The notes beneath the pieces are model-generated. The model searched no databases. It saw only the letters and a list, made by a program, of their open reading frames with translations, and was not told the DNA's origin. Made by a program: the position numbers and the translations under genes. From Bryobacterales bacterium (lineage in GTDB: Bacteria > Acidobacteriota > Terriglobia > Bryobacterales > UBA6623), in NCBI GenBank assembly GCA_965226435.1, contig CBDDCY010000008.1, forward strand, positions 342,925 through 406,924: 64,000 bases of DNA. Reading direction: 5' to 3'. Positions 30,160 through 41,803 of the stretch are shown here, one piece after another. Position 1 is the first letter of the stretch. Every line of letters begins with the position of its first letter.

Positions 30160-33042
30160 ATGCTTTCCGTCAATTGGGAAATCGGCCGCGCCGAACGTGT
30201 CCGCCAAGGGCGCGAGGAGGGTTTTCTCGACTCGGCTTTCCGCTCGGTTCTCGCGCTCCCAATCCGGCTGCTCGGGCTGACGCCGGCGGTTCTGTTGCTC
30301 GTGCTTCCGATCTCCGCCGGTGAAGCCAAGACCGACTCCGCTTCCGACGCTTCCGAGCCCGCGGCGTCTCCCACGCAGCCCGCGAACGCCGCGGTGGCCG
30401 CCGCACCGGAAACAGCCGCTCCGAGCGCCGAGTCCGCTTCTCCAGACGCCCGAGCCGAACCCGCCCTCGAACCTGTTGCCGAAATCGCCGCCGCGCTGAC
30501 CGGAGCGGCCCCGGAGGCCTCCGCCAGCGCCGAGCGCACGGCCCTCAATCTGCTCGGGGAAGTCGACTCCTCCTCGGGCGAAAGCCGCCGCAACGAGAAT
30601 GTCGACATCACGCTTATCGACAACAACGTTCTCAAGGAACTCAACCGGCGCATGGGGACAACGGCCACGGTGGTACGGACTTTTAGTGCCGAAAAGGGCT
30701 ATTTCGGCAGCGAGTTCGGGGCCGCGCCGAGCGCGCCGGCCCACCTAAAGCCCACGAGGGGATCGGGCTTTCACGGCAGTATTTACGAATCGCACGGGAA
30801 CAGTATTTTCTCCGCCCGCTCCTTCTTTCAGGTCGGCGGAGTTAAGCCTGCCCGCTCGAACGACTACGGTTTCCAAGTGGGGTTGCCGCTGTGGCGCGGC
30901 GCGAACTTTTCCGTCGACGCGAGCCGACAGCGTAATCGCGGCAGTGTCAACGGGAATATCCTGGTCCCGACACCGGAAGAGCGCATCCCGCTTGTGACCG
31001 ACCCCGACCGGCGCGCTTTCGTTAGCCGCATCCTCGATTCGTTCCCCGATGAAGCGCCCAACCGCACCGATATTAATCCGCGCGCGCTCAACACCAACGC
31101 TCCCCAGAGCATCAATAACGACACCATCGCCACGCGCCTCGACCAGGGGCTTGGCGACTGGGACCGCCTCTTTCTACACCACCGCTTCAAGGCGCAAAAA
31201 GTTGACGCCTTCCAACTCGTCAGGGGCCAAAACCCCAACACGACCACAAGGTCTCATGTCGGGCGCCTGACCTGGAACCGCACCTGGTCGGCCACGACCA
31301 CGTCCGATGTTTCGGTGGGCTACAACCGCATCACCTCGCTGCTGGCCCAAGACGAAACCGCGATCGGCCCACTCGTTTACACGGGGAGGCAGTTGCAGAC
31401 GCTGGGAGGCACCTCAAGCATCCCCTTCGATAGAGCCCACAACCGATTTCGTTACGAAGGTTCAGTGCGACAGGCCAGGGGGCGTCATCTTTTGACCTTC
31501 GGCGCGGGGGCCGTACGCGGCCAAATCAACGGAACCGAGAGTTCCGGGCACATCGGGATGTGGCGGTTCAGCAGCGATTTCGAGGATGAATTCGGCAACA
31601 CCCGAGATACGATCACCAACCTGCGTTTGGGAACGCCCAGCGGCTTTCACCTAGGCATCGGCAACACGCACCGCGGCTTTCGCGACTGGCGTATGCTCTA
31701 CTACGTCGGCGATCAATGGAACGTCAACGCCAAGCTGAACTTAACCTTTGGGTTACGCTACGAACCGGTCACGAGCCCCATCGAGGTCGACGGCCTTTCC
31801 TCCGTCCCCTACGATTGCGACTGCAACAACTACGCGCCAAGCTTCGGTTTCGCTTACCGGCTTGGCGATGGTTGGGGCGTGCTGCGAGGTGCTTACGGGT
31901 TGCACTACGGGGAGGTCTCGCACGCGACCTACACGAACGCCCGCTTCAACCCGCCCGGCAACCTTACATTGCGGATCACGGCCCCCGATGTTCTCGATCC
32001 GCTCGCCGGGGTGAGCGTTGATCCCGGCGCGCAGAGCACCTTCTATGACCTTTCTCCCGACTTGGCTTCCCCTTACTCGCATCAATATAACTTCAGTTGG
32101 GAGCTGACCCCCGCGAAAGATTGGACTTTGCGACTGGGTTACTTGGGAAGCCGCGCTCACCGTTTGCTTTCGGTCTGGGCATTCAATCGCGCCCGTGTGA
32201 TCGAAGGGCTGCCCTTGACGACCGAAAACGTCAACGAACGCCGTCCCGACCAGCGCTACTTCGACCTGCGCCGCATCCTCAATGGATCGCGCGGCTATTA
32301 CGACGCCGCCAAGGTCCAGTTGACCGCGCGGCGTTGGCACGGGCTTTCGCTGGACGCTTCCTATTGGTTTAGCAAGGCCATCGACCTGGGCGGCAATTAC
32401 TCCAGCACGGCGGACCGCCGCGACGGCCATATGAGCCGCAGCCAAACCGAATCGGACGTCCATGGGGACGTCAAGGCTCTCAGTGTCTTCGATCAGCCTC
32501 AGGCCGCGCTTTGGCGTTTGACCTATGAGACGCCTCGGTTGCGGGGAATGCATCGTCTGGCGCGCGCGGTGCTCGGGCGCTGGACGATGGGTTCGGTGCT
32601 GCTGCTGAAGGCCGGGACGCCGTTTTCGCTCACGGCCGGATCCGACGGCCCCGGCACGGGCAATGTCGACGGGACAAGCGGCGATCGCCCGCACATTCTG
32701 GACCCTTCGATTCTCGGCAACAGCGTCGATCATCCCGACACTTCCGCCCGGCGATTACCGATCTCGGCATTCGCCTTTATCCGCCCCGAGGATCGCGCGG
32801 GAACACTTGGCCGCAACACCTTCCGCAAAGACGGCATCCGCAATACCAACTTTTCGCTGCTGCGTACTTGGAGAATCGGCGGCGAGAAGACATTGCGACT
32901 GCGGGTCGAGTCGATCAATTTTTTCAATACCGCTCAGTTCGCCGAGCCGGGAACGGATTTAAGCGGCGACAATTTCGGGCAAATCACCAACACCCTCAAC
33001 GACGGCCGCAGCTTCCGTTTTCTGCTGCGCTTTGCGTTCTGA
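30160..33042 (+). CDS. TonB-dependent receptor-like outer-membrane beta-barrel protein
   Basis: ORF 29986-33042; the start is uncertain (ATG at 30064 or 30160). Ala/Pro/Ser/Glu-rich linker, TBDR-type motifs (GSGFHGSIYESHGNSIFSARSFFQ) and a terminal aromatic residue ...FRFLLRFAF. Confidence 0.75.
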   Translation: MLSVNWEIGRAERVRQGREEGFLDSAFRSVLALPIRLLGLTPAVLLLVLPISAGEAKTDSASDASEPAASPTQPANAAVAAAPETAAPSAESASPDARAEPALEPVAEIAAALTGAAPEASASAERTALNLLGEVDSSSGESRRNENVDITLIDNNVLKELNRRMGTTATVVRTFSAEKGYFGSEFGAAPSAPAHLKPTRGSGFHGSIYESHGNSIFSARSFFQVGGVKPARSNDYGFQVGLPLWRGANFSVDASRQRNRGSVNGNILVPTPEERIPLVTDPDRRAFVSRILDSFPDEAPNRTDINPRALNTNAPQSINNDTIATRLDQGLGDWDRLFLHHRFKAQKVDAFQLVRGQNPNTTTRSHVGRLTWNRTWSATTTSDVSVGYNRITSLLAQDETAIGPLVYTGRQLQTLGGTSSIPFDRAHNRFRYEGSVRQARGRHLLTFGAGAVRGQINGTESSGHIGMWRFSSDFEDEFGNTRDTITNLRLGTPSGFHLGIGNTHRGFRDWRMLYYVGDQWNVNAKLNLTFGLRYEPVTSPIEVDGLSSVPYDCDCNNYAPSFGFAYRLGDGWGVLRGAYGLHYGEVSHATYTNARFNPPGNLTLRITAPDVLDPLAGVSVDPGAQSTFYDLSPDLASPYSHQYNFSWELTPAKDWTLRLGYLGSRAHRLLSVWAFNRARVIEGLPLTTENVNERRPDQRYFDLRRILNGSRGYYDAAKVQLTARRWHGLSLDASYWFSKAIDLGGNYSSTADRRDGHMSRSQTESDVHGDVKALSVFDQPQAALWRLTYETPRLRGMHRLARAVLGRWTMGSVLLLKAGTPFSLTAGSDGPGTGNVDGTSGDRPHILDPSILGNSVDHPDTSARRLPISAFAFIRPEDRAGTLGRNTFRKDGIRNTNFSLLRTWRIGGEKTLRLRVESINFFNTAQFAEPGTDLSGDNFGQITNTLNDGRSFRFLLRFAF

Positions 33043-33175
33043 CGGCAGTGAGGCGGAATGAATGGTGATTGGGCGCGGCACCCGACGTGGCGCGCGCATT
33101 CTTGCGTGCCGTGTCGCTATTCCCGGCGACATTCTGAAAACACCGAGACGTTCGTGGTTACACTGAAGTCTTGCC

Positions 33176-33832
33176 ATGCCGGCCTTGATCCTCGTCGATT
33201 TGCAGAAGGACTTCATGCCGGGTGGGGCGCTGGCTGTTCCGGAGGGCGACGAGCTTGTATCGGTCGCCAATCGGCTGAGCGAAGGTTTCGCGGTGTCCGA
33301 CCTAGTCGTCGCCACCCAGGATTGGCACCCGGCCGATCACGGCAGTTTCGCTTCGCAACATCCCGGCACTCGGCCCGGCGGCGTGATCGAGCTTGACGGC
33401 CTGCGTCAAGAGCTGTGGCCCGACCACTGCGTCGCGGGGACCCCCGGCGCCGAGTTTCACTCGGCGCTTGATCAAGCCAACATCGGGCGCGTTTTCCGAA
33501 AAGGCTCCGACCCGGCTATCGACAGCTACAGCACATTCTTCGACAACGCTCGCCGCAAGTCGACCGGGCTGGCCGACTTCCTCCAAGAGAGCAATGTCAA
33601 CAAGGTCTACATCATGGGATTGGCGACCGACTACTGCGTGAAATTCAGCGTTCTCGATGCGCTGTCGCTCGCTTTCAAGACCTCTGTCATCGAGGACGGC
33701 TGCCGCGGCATCGACATACAGCCGGGCGACGTCGAGAGGGCTTTCGAGGCCATGACCGCCGCCGGTGCCGCGGTTGTTTCGAGTGATGACGTCCTCGCTC
33801 GCCTCGCGGCCCGGGGAGCCGCCGCCTTGTGA
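33176..33832 (+). CDS. pncA: Nicotinamidase/pyrazinamidase (isochorismatase family)
   Basis: MPALILVDLQKDFMPGGALAV, WPDHCV and the catalytic Cys region MGLATDYCV. Confidence 0.88.
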   Translation: MPALILVDLQKDFMPGGALAVPEGDELVSVANRLSEGFAVSDLVVATQDWHPADHGSFASQHPGTRPGGVIELDGLRQELWPDHCVAGTPGAEFHSALDQANIGRVFRKGSDPAIDSYSTFFDNARRKSTGLADFLQESNVNKVYIMGLATDYCVKFSVLDALSLAFKTSVIEDGCRGIDIQPGDVERAFEAMTAAGAAVVSSDDVLARLAARGAAAL

Positions 33833-34407
33833 CCGAACCCGGCTCCGAGGACGGCCTTCTGGGAGCCGGCCGCTTCCTGTCCTTGGAACGCCGCAACGGT
33901 TGGGAATTCGTTGATCGTCCCGGTGTCGATGACGTCGCCGTGATCATTGCCGTGACCGACGACGACCAAGCCGTTTTCGTCGAGCAATACCGGGAGCCGG
34001 TCCGCGCCAAGATGATCGAATGGGCTGCCGGCCTCGTCGGCGACGAAGAGGGCGACGACGGCGAACATTTGCTCGAAGCCGCCCATCGTGAACTCGAGGA
34101 AGAAACCGGCTTTCGCGCCGCCAAGCTCACCGTCCTTGGCCGGGGGCCTTCCTCGGGCGGGCTAACGACCGAAGTGGTTACTTTTCTCCGCGCCGAGGGC
34201 TTGCAACGAGTCGGCGAAGGCGGAGGAGTCGGCGGAGAAGAAATCGCGGTTCATCTGGTGCCCCTCGCCAAGGTCGACTCGTGGCTGCGCTTGCGCGAGG
34301 ACGACGGTTTTCTAATCGACCCAAAAGTCTACGCCGGCCTCTATTGGCTCGAACATCCCAAACCGAGTCGCGACCGTGAGGAAGCGGTATCCGACGCGGC
34401 AACTTAA
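33829..34407 (+). CDS. NUDIX hydrolase (ADP-ribose pyrophosphatase-like)
   Basis: The GTG start overlaps the pncA stop. Nudix box G...[13 protein letters not shown]. Confidence 0.8.
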   Translation: MTEPGSEDGLLGAGRFLSLERRNGWEFVDRPGVDDVAVIIAVTDDDQAVFVEQYREPVRAKMIEWAAGLVGDEEGDDGEHLLEAAHRELEEETGFRAAKLTVLGRGPSSGGLTTEVVTFLRAEGLQRVGEGGGVGGEEIAVHLVPLAKVDSWLRLREDDGFLIDPKVYAGLYWLEHPKPSRDREEAVSDAAT

Positions 34408-34571
34408 GAAGCACGACAAGCGGTGATCCTCAAAACGTCACGCCGCCCTCCTTCCCCCCCGAAATCCACAAATCATTGCTTTGGCCTACTTTTCAAGTGT
34501 TCCCCCCCAATCTCTTGACGCGGCGCTTCCCGGTCGTTCATCATTGTGAAACCACGGAAGGAGCCACGCTG

Positions 34572-35045
34572 ATGCAAAAAGCGATCAAAGTGACTGTGAA
34601 CGGGCGAGAGTACGAGCGCGAAGTCGAACCGCGCACGCTTCTTGTCCATTTTCTAAGAGAGGAATTGGGGCTGACTGGAACGCACATCGGCTGCGAAACA
34701 ACGGTCTGCGGCGCCTGCACGGTGATGCTGGAAGGCCGCACGGTCAAATCCTGCACGGTGTTGGCCGTCCAGGCCGACGGCGAGAACGTCGAGACCATCG
34801 AGAGCCTGGCGACCAATGGCGACCTGCACCCGATTCAAGAAGGGTTCTGGAATGAACACGGGCTCCAGTGCGGTTTCTGCACGCCCGGCATGATCATGTC
34901 GGTCAAGCAGTTATTGGGAGGCAATCCTAACCCGTCGCGCGACGAAATCCGGCACGCCATCGAAGGCAATCTTTGCCGCTGCACCGGCTATCAGAACATT
35001 GTGAAATCCGTGGAATGGGCCGCCAAGGCCATGGCGGAAGGATAA
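34572..35045 (+). CDS. coxS: (2Fe-2S)-binding small subunit of an aerobic CO dehydrogenase / xanthine dehydrogenase-family enzyme
   Basis: ATG at 34572 preceded by GGAAGGAG. Cys clusters [11 protein letters not shown] and CGFCTPG...CRCTGY. Confidence 0.9.
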   Translation: MQKAIKVTVNGREYEREVEPRTLLVHFLREELGLTGTHIGCETTVCGACTVMLEGRTVKSCTVLAVQADGENVETIESLATNGDLHPIQEGFWNEHGLQCGFCTPGMIMSVKQLLGGNPNPSRDEIRHAIEGNLCRCTGYQNIVKSVEWAAKAMAEG

Positions 35046-35057
35046 GGGGGGAGAACG

Positions 35058-37400
35058 ATGGCGACGACAACCACTCCGACAACCAAAGGTTATGTGGGGC
35101 AGCGCATTCGGCGCACCGAAGACCCCCGTTTGATTACCGGCACGGCGACCTACGTCGACGACGTCACCCGCCCCGGCATGCTCTACGCCGCGGTCTTGCG
35201 CAGTCCCCACGTGGCCGCCAAGATCACGAGCATTTCGATCGAAAAGGCCGCCTCTTTGCCCGGCGTTTCGGCGGTCTACACCGGCGAAGACATCAAGGAA
35301 GTCGGCCCAGTTCCCTGCGCCGGCTCGATGCCCACGCTGCGCATACCGCACCATGCGATTTTGGCGCAAGGCCGCGTGTATTATGTCGGCCATCCGGTGG
35401 CGGCCGTCGTCGCGAGTGACCGTTACGTCGCCCAAGACGCCGTCGACCAAATCGAGGTCGAATACGAACCCACCGACTACGTCGCCGACCCCGAGAAAGC
35501 CCTCGAGGAGGGCGCGGTCAAAGTCCACCCGGAATACGACGATAACGTCGCCTTTACCTTCCACGCCGAGGGCGGCGACACCGACGCGGCTTTTGAAGCC
35601 GCCGACGTCGTCGTCAGCGAACGGGTCACGGTGCCGCGCCTGGCGCCCTCGCCGATAGAAACGCGCGGCGTCGTCGCCGAATACGACGAAGGGACGAAGG
35701 ATCTGCTGGTCTATTCCTCGACCCAAATCCCGCACCTGCTCAAAACGCAATTGGCCGTGCAGTTGAACCTGCCGGAAAATCACGTTCGCGTGATTGCGCC
35801 CGAGGTCGGCGGCGGCTTCGGCAGCAAGTGCAACGTCTGGGCCGAGGAAGCTCTGACCTGCTTCGCGGCCATCGACCTCAAGCAGCCCATTAAGTGGATC
35901 GAGAACCGCCGCGAAAGCATCAACGTCGTCGCCCACGGCCGCGGCCATATCGATCATCTCGAAATGGCCGCTACCAGCGACGGCACGATCACGGCACTGC
36001 GCTTCAAGATCTTGCAGGACATCGGCGCCCACCATCAGTTGCTGACGCCGATCATCCCGACACTCTCCGTCATCATGATCCCGGGTCTCTACAAGATCAA
36101 GAACTTCACCGCCGATCTCACCGGAGTCTTTACCAACCGGCCGCCCACTGATCTGTACCGCGGGGCGGGACGGCCCGAGGCGACCTATGTGCTCGAACGG
36201 GTTGTCGACAAGCTCGCCGACAAGCTGGGCATGGACCCCGCCGAGCTGCGTCTGAAGAACTTCCCCTCCGCCGACGAGTTCCCCTTCGAAACAGCGACGG
36301 GTCTCAGTTACGACAGCGGCGACTACGCCAAGGCCTTCAATATCGCGCTCGATAACGTCGGCTACAAAGACTTTCTCGCCGAGCAAGAGCAAGCCCGTTC
36401 GGAGGGCCGCCTGCTCGGCCTCGGCATGTCGACCTACGGCGAAGTCTGCGCCTTCGGGCCTTCCCCGGCGCTGCCGGCCGGCGGTTGGGAAAGCGCGACC
36501 GTCCGCGTCGAGCCGACCGGCAAGGTTACCGTCATGTCGGGGGCCTCGCCCCACGGGCAGGGCGGGGAAACGGCCTACGCTCAGCTGGCGGCGGACGCCC
36601 TGGGTGTCACCATCGACGATGTCGTTGTGGTTCACGGCGACACCGGCAAGGTTCACTGGGGTGTGGGGACGTTCGGCAGTCGCGGCATGGCGATCGGCGG
36701 CACCGCCGTTCACCTCGCGCTCCAGGACGTTGTCGCCAAGGGCAAGAAATACGCCGCCCACATCATCGGTGCTTCTCCCGACAGCGTGGAGTTCGCGGGA
36801 GGGGTCTTCTCGTCTAGTGAAACCGAGACGACGCTCACCTTCCAAGCCCTCGCCTTGGAGGCCGCCGTGGCGCAGAAGTTGCCGCCCGACACGGAACCCG
36901 GCCTTTCGGCGACGCGATTCTTCGAACCGCCAAACTTCGCCTTCCCTTTCGGTGCGCATATTTGCACCGTCGAAGTCGACTCCGACACCGGCCAGGTGAA
37001 GATCCTTCGCTATGTCGCCGTCGACGACATTGGTAACGTCATCAACCCCATGCTGGTCGACGGCCAATTGCACGGCGGGGTCGCGCAAGGTCTGGGTCCG
37101 GCGTTTCTCGAAGAGGTTGTCTTCAGCGAGGACGGCCAGCTGCTCACGGGCACCTTCATGGACTATGCGATTCCCAAGGCCAAGGACATGCCCTGGATCG
37201 AATCGGAAAGGACCGTGACGCCCTCGCCCGTCAATCCGCTCGGCGCCAAGGGCGTTGGAGAAGCCGGAACCATCGGCTCGCTCCCCGCCTTCGTTAACGC
37301 CGTCGTCGATGCGCTGTCCCACATGGGCGTCGATCACATCGACATTCCGATGACACCGCAAAAAGTCTGGAATCTGATCAACGAAAGGAGCCAGTCGTGA
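35058..37400 (+). CDS. coxL: Molybdopterin-binding large subunit, form II CoxL-like
   Basis: 780 aa in the xanthine dehydrogenase family. The active-site loop reads DLYRGAGR (form II AYRGAGR type, not the form I AYRCSFR type). Confidence 0.85.
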   Translation: MATTTTPTTKGYVGQRIRRTEDPRLITGTATYVDDVTRPGMLYAAVLRSPHVAAKITSISIEKAASLPGVSAVYTGEDIKEVGPVPCAGSMPTLRIPHHAILAQGRVYYVGHPVAAVVASDRYVAQDAVDQIEVEYEPTDYVADPEKALEEGAVKVHPEYDDNVAFTFHAEGGDTDAAFEAADVVVSERVTVPRLAPSPIETRGVVAEYDEGTKDLLVYSSTQIPHLLKTQLAVQLNLPENHVRVIAPEVGGGFGSKCNVWAEEALTCFAAIDLKQPIKWIENRRESINVVAHGRGHIDHLEMAATSDGTITALRFKILQDIGAHHQLLTPIIPTLSVIMIPGLYKIKNFTADLTGVFTNRPPTDLYRGAGRPEATYVLERVVDKLADKLGMDPAELRLKNFPSADEFPFETATGLSYDSGDYAKAFNIALDNVGYKDFLAEQEQARSEGRLLGLGMSTYGEVCAFGPSPALPAGGWESATVRVEPTGKVTVMSGASPHGQGGETAYAQLAADALGVTIDDVVVVHGDTGKVHWGVGTFGSRGMAIGGTAVHLALQDVVAKGKKYAAHIIGASPDSVEFAGGVFSSSETETTLTFQALALEAAVAQKLPPDTEPGLSATRFFEPPNFAFPFGAHICTVEVDSDTGQVKILRYVAVDDIGNVINPMLVDGQLHGGVAQGLGPAFLEEVVFSEDGQLLTGTFMDYAIPKAKDMPWIESERTVTPSPVNPLGAKGVGEAGTIGSLPAFVNAVVDALSHMGVDHIDIPMTPQKVWNLINERSQS

Positions 37401-38257
37401 TTGCTTCTAGTTTTGACTACACCGCTCCGGAAACCCTTTCCGACGCCCTGAAGGCCTTGTCCGACGACCCCGAGGCGAAAGTGCTTGCCGGCGGACAGAG
37501 CTTGATCCCGATCATGAAGCTGCGGCTCACCGCACCGACCCAAGTCGTCGACCTGGGCGGCATCGCCGATCTGCACTTCATCGTCGAGGAAGGCGGCGTC
37601 ATTCGTGTCGGATCGATGACGACTCACGAGCAGGTGGAGCACTCCGACTTGTTACGCGAGAAGTGCCCCTTGCTCGCCGCGGCTGCGGCCGGTATCGGCG
37701 ACGTCCAAGTACGCAATCGCGGCACCATCGGCGGCGCGGTGGCTCACGCCGACCCGGCGGCCGACTACCCGGCGGCCTTGCAGGCACTCGAAGCCAATGT
37801 CAAGGTCGTGGGCTCGGGCGGCGAACGCATTGTCGCCATTGACGACTTCATCGTGGACGCTCTCACGACGGCACTAGAGCCCGGTGAGATCGTCACCGAG
37901 ATTCAAGTCCCGGCTGAGTCGGCGGGCGTCGGCACGGCGTACGAAACCATCGTTCAGCCGGCGTCGGGTTATGCCGTTGTCGGCGCCGCGGTGCGTATCG
38001 GCGTCAGCGACGGTACGATTTCATTCGCGCGCGTCGGGATGACCGGCGTGGGCTCGAAGGCTTATCGTGCCTCGGCGGTGGAAAGTGCTCTCGAGGGCCA
38101 ACCAGCCAACGACGACACCCATCGGGCGGCGGCGCAATCCGCGGCCGCAGGCGTCGAAGCACTCGAGGACCTGCACGCCTCGGCCGAATACCGCGCCCAC
38201 CTGGCAACGGTCTTCGCTCGCCGGGCGATCGCGGCCGCCGCCGGACGCGCTCAATGA
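37397..38257 (+). CDS. coxM: FAD-binding medium subunit (CoxM-like)
   Basis: FAD-binding PCMH-type domain (AGGQSLIPIMKLRL, GTIGGAVAHADPAADY). Start overlaps the coxL stop. Confidence 0.88.
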   Translation: MIASSFDYTAPETLSDALKALSDDPEAKVLAGGQSLIPIMKLRLTAPTQVVDLGGIADLHFIVEEGGVIRVGSMTTHEQVEHSDLLREKCPLLAAAAAGIGDVQVRNRGTIGGAVAHADPAADYPAALQALEANVKVVGSGGERIVAIDDFIVDALTTALEPGEIVTEIQVPAESAGVGTAYETIVQPASGYAVVGAAVRIGVSDGTISFARVGMTGVGSKAYRASAVESALEGQPANDDTHRAAAQSAAAGVEALEDLHASAEYRAHLATVFARRAIAAAAGRAQ

Positions 38258-38703
38258 AGATCAAGGGTCAGCACAAGCTGGCGGCCCCGCGGCAACAAGT
38301 TTGGGAAGCGTTGCTCGACCCCGAGGTTCTGGCGCGCACGCTTCCCGGCTGCGAGTCTCTTGATCCGATCGGCGAGAACCAGTACAAGATGAAAATGAAG
38401 CTGACCTTGGCTGCAGTTCAGGGTCTGTTTGACGGCAAGGTTGCGGTCGAAGATCCCCAACCACCCGAGAGCTATCGGCTGGTCGTCGAGGGAACCGGCA
38501 AGATCGGCTTCCTCAACGGCGGCGGGCGATTTCGTCTGGAGGAAGCCGGCGCCGATGAAACGCTTGTTCACTACGAAGGTGACGTTCGCGTCGGCGGCAT
38601 GATCGCCTCGGTCGGCCAGCGCCTCATGGACATGACCTCGAAGATGATGATTCGGAAGTTTTTCACCGCCTTGTCGACGGTTCTTTCTGAAAAAAGGGGT
38701 TGA
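38254..38703 (+). CDS. coxG: SRPBCC-family CoxG-like protein
   Basis: 149 aa; MKIKGQHKLAAPRQQVWEALLDPEVLARTLPGCESL is typical of CoxG. Start overlaps the coxM stop. Confidence 0.8.
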   Translation: MKIKGQHKLAAPRQQVWEALLDPEVLARTLPGCESLDPIGENQYKMKMKLTLAAVQGLFDGKVAVEDPQPPESYRLVVEGTGKIGFLNGGGRFRLEEAGADETLVHYEGDVRVGGMIASVGQRLMDMTSKMMIRKFFTALSTVLSEKRG

Positions 38704-39372
38704 CGAGGGGTGCGGAAAACCCCTTAGCCCGGGTGTCTCGACGTGCTCCGCCCGCAGCCGGCCAAGCACCCACCAGCCGGCGCGCGGCTGACCGCTCGAC
38801 AGCCGGCCGGCGTTCCCGGGAATACCCTATCAATAAGCGATATTCCGCGTCTCGCATTGCGAAGAACGCCGCCCGAAGCGCGCTGTTGCATTGCGTCGAA
38901 ATGTCGCTTGCCCATCGCGGAATACACGAAAAGCCCTATTGATAGGGGCTTGGGCGGTTTAAACTTGGAGTACCTCTGTACCGAGGCAAGTCGGAGATCT
39001 GTTCCGTTACACTTGACTCACGCTGCCCCAGCGGCGATGATTATGGATAACCGGGGCGGCGGACATGTTTTTACTGGGATCATTTGTGACCCTCTCATGG
39101 GTTTTCTGTAACTTCTACTACGAAGATATTATGCCTCGGAACTGGAGCGTCGCAATGATGATGTCCGGTTTGTTTCTGATGGGTTGGGGACTGCTGAAAG
39201 GCAAGCAGTTCTGACCCGATCGCAGCCCCTTCCCTGAGTGCCGCCAGGTTCTCCGAATACTACACCAGATCCCCAAGAGCGCGGCCAGACACCACGCCGT
39301 ATCCTGCTTTGGACCGCTTCCTTCCTGATGCCAAGGGCTCCGCTTTCCGATTAAGAGAAAATAAGACAGGTC

Positions 39373-40515
<1,143 letters not shown>

Positions 40516-40527
40516 GATGCTGGAACG

Positions 40528-41448
40528 GTGGAGCTGGATCATTGGGTGGAACAAATCCAGGGTGGGGAACCGCGCCCGCTCGCTCGTGCCCTGACGGAAA
40601 TCGAAAACCGCGGCCCCCACGCCGAAGCTCTCCTCAAGGCGCTGTTTCCTTACTCGGGTAAGGCTCCGCGCATCGGCGTCACCGGGGCCCCCGGGGCCGG
40701 TAAGAGCACGCTCGTCAACCAACTCGCCGCTCACCTGCGCCGACAAGGCCGCACGGTTGCGATTGTGGCTGTCGATCCCACCAGCCCTTATACGGGAGGC
40801 TCGATTCTCGGCGATCGCGTCCGCATGCAGTCGCACCACGCCGATGCCGGAGTGTTCGTTCGCTCGATGGCGACACGCGGGGTGCTGGGTGGGCTGGCCC
40901 CGGCGACGGCGGACGTTGTCACCGCGCTCGAGGCATCCGGCCGTGACGTGGTGCTGATCGAAACCGTCGGTGTCGGGCAGGCGGAGATCGACATCGTCAA
41001 ATGGGCCTCGATCACGGCGCTGGTTCTCACTCCGGCCATGGGCGACGACGTCCAAACCATGAAGGCCGGCGTGATGGAGATCGCCGACGTTTTGGTTATC
41101 AACAAATCAGACCAGCCCGGCGCCGACCGGATCGAGGGGCAGCTCGAAGCCCTGTTATCGCTGCTCCCCGAGGATCAGCCGCGGCCCCCGATCGTGCGCA
41201 CGATTGCCGTCGAGGACGAGGGCGTCGATCGCCTCCTCGATGCCCTGCAATCGCTACCCCGGTCAAACGCCCGTCACGCGGCCGCCTGGAAAGAGCGCCT
41301 GGTCGAGATGGTGAAGCAACGTTTAGCGGAGCGAGTCTTGGGACGGGTTGACGATTCGCGGCTTGAGCAGATGGCTCGCGACATCGCCGAAGGCCGCCAA
41401 AACCCCTACGATCTTGTCGCAACGATTGTCGGCGAAATCGCCGAGTGA
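40528..41448 (+). CDS. meaB: Methylmalonyl-CoA mutase-associated G3E GTPase MeaB/ArgK
   Basis: GTG start. P-loop GAPGAGKST, VAVDPTSPYTGGSILGDR, ETVGVGQ, NKSD. Confidence 0.88.
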   Translation: MELDHWVEQIQGGEPRPLARALTEIENRGPHAEALLKALFPYSGKAPRIGVTGAPGAGKSTLVNQLAAHLRRQGRTVAIVAVDPTSPYTGGSILGDRVRMQSHHADAGVFVRSMATRGVLGGLAPATADVVTALEASGRDVVLIETVGVGQAEIDIVKWASITALVLTPAMGDDVQTMKAGVMEIADVLVINKSDQPGADRIEGQLEALLSLLPEDQPRPPIVRTIAVEDEGVDRLLDALQSLPRSNARHAAAWKERLVEMVKQRLAERVLGRVDDSRLEQMARDIAEGRQNPYDLVATIVGEIAE

Positions 41449-41471
41449 AACTAATCGTCCGAATTGGCCGG

Positions 41472-41767
41472 CTACTCGGCGAAAACAACCTGAGCGATAT
41501 ACAGATCCGGAAGCGCCTGGTTCCATTCCAGAGAAACGTCGTCAAAAGCCAGTCGAAAAGACTGGGGCTCGCCCGGCGGCAGTTCATTCCCCCGCCGACC
41601 CACGATTCTCACCAACTTTCGGCCGACCTCTTGTCCGTAAGCTTCACGAAAGACGCAGTGAATATCGACGACGCGCAGTGCGCGAGATCCCCGGTTGGTG
41701 AGTTTACCTTCGATGGCAACGATGGTTTGCTCAAGAAAGCTTTCTTCTTGTCAGCCGATTCGAGCAT
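41472..41767 (-). pseudogene. Small ORF with no in-frame start; possibly frameshifted
   Basis: A 92-codon frame (41750 down to the stop at 41472-41474) translates to QEESFLEQTIVAIEGKLTNRGSRALRVVDIHCVFREAYGQEVGRKLVRIVGRRGNELPPGEPQSFRLAFDDVSLEWNQALPDLYIAQVVFAE and looks protein-like. It has no ATG/GTG/TTG near its 5' end. An ATG at 41767 (MLESADKKK...) sits in another frame just upstream of an A-rich run. Confidence 0.4.
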
Positions 41768-41803
41768 CAAATTATCAACAAAGGACCGAGCGCGCGTCCG
41801 CTG

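Noticed and set aside
34911-37361. 816-aa ORF on the minus strand
   Set aside because: It lies entirely antisense to the well-supported coxS/coxL genes. The Arg/Gly/Ala/Asp-rich, motif-free translation is typical of shadow ORFs in high-GC DNA.
38704-39372. A 670-bp gap between coxG and the acyl-CoA dehydrogenase as a possible RNA gene or small-peptide locus (a 27-codon hydrophobic ORF starts at 39131)
   Set aside because: I could not match it to any known RNA family by eye. The hairpins are modest and the mini-ORF has no support beyond hydrophobicity. The evidence is too weak to report as a feature.
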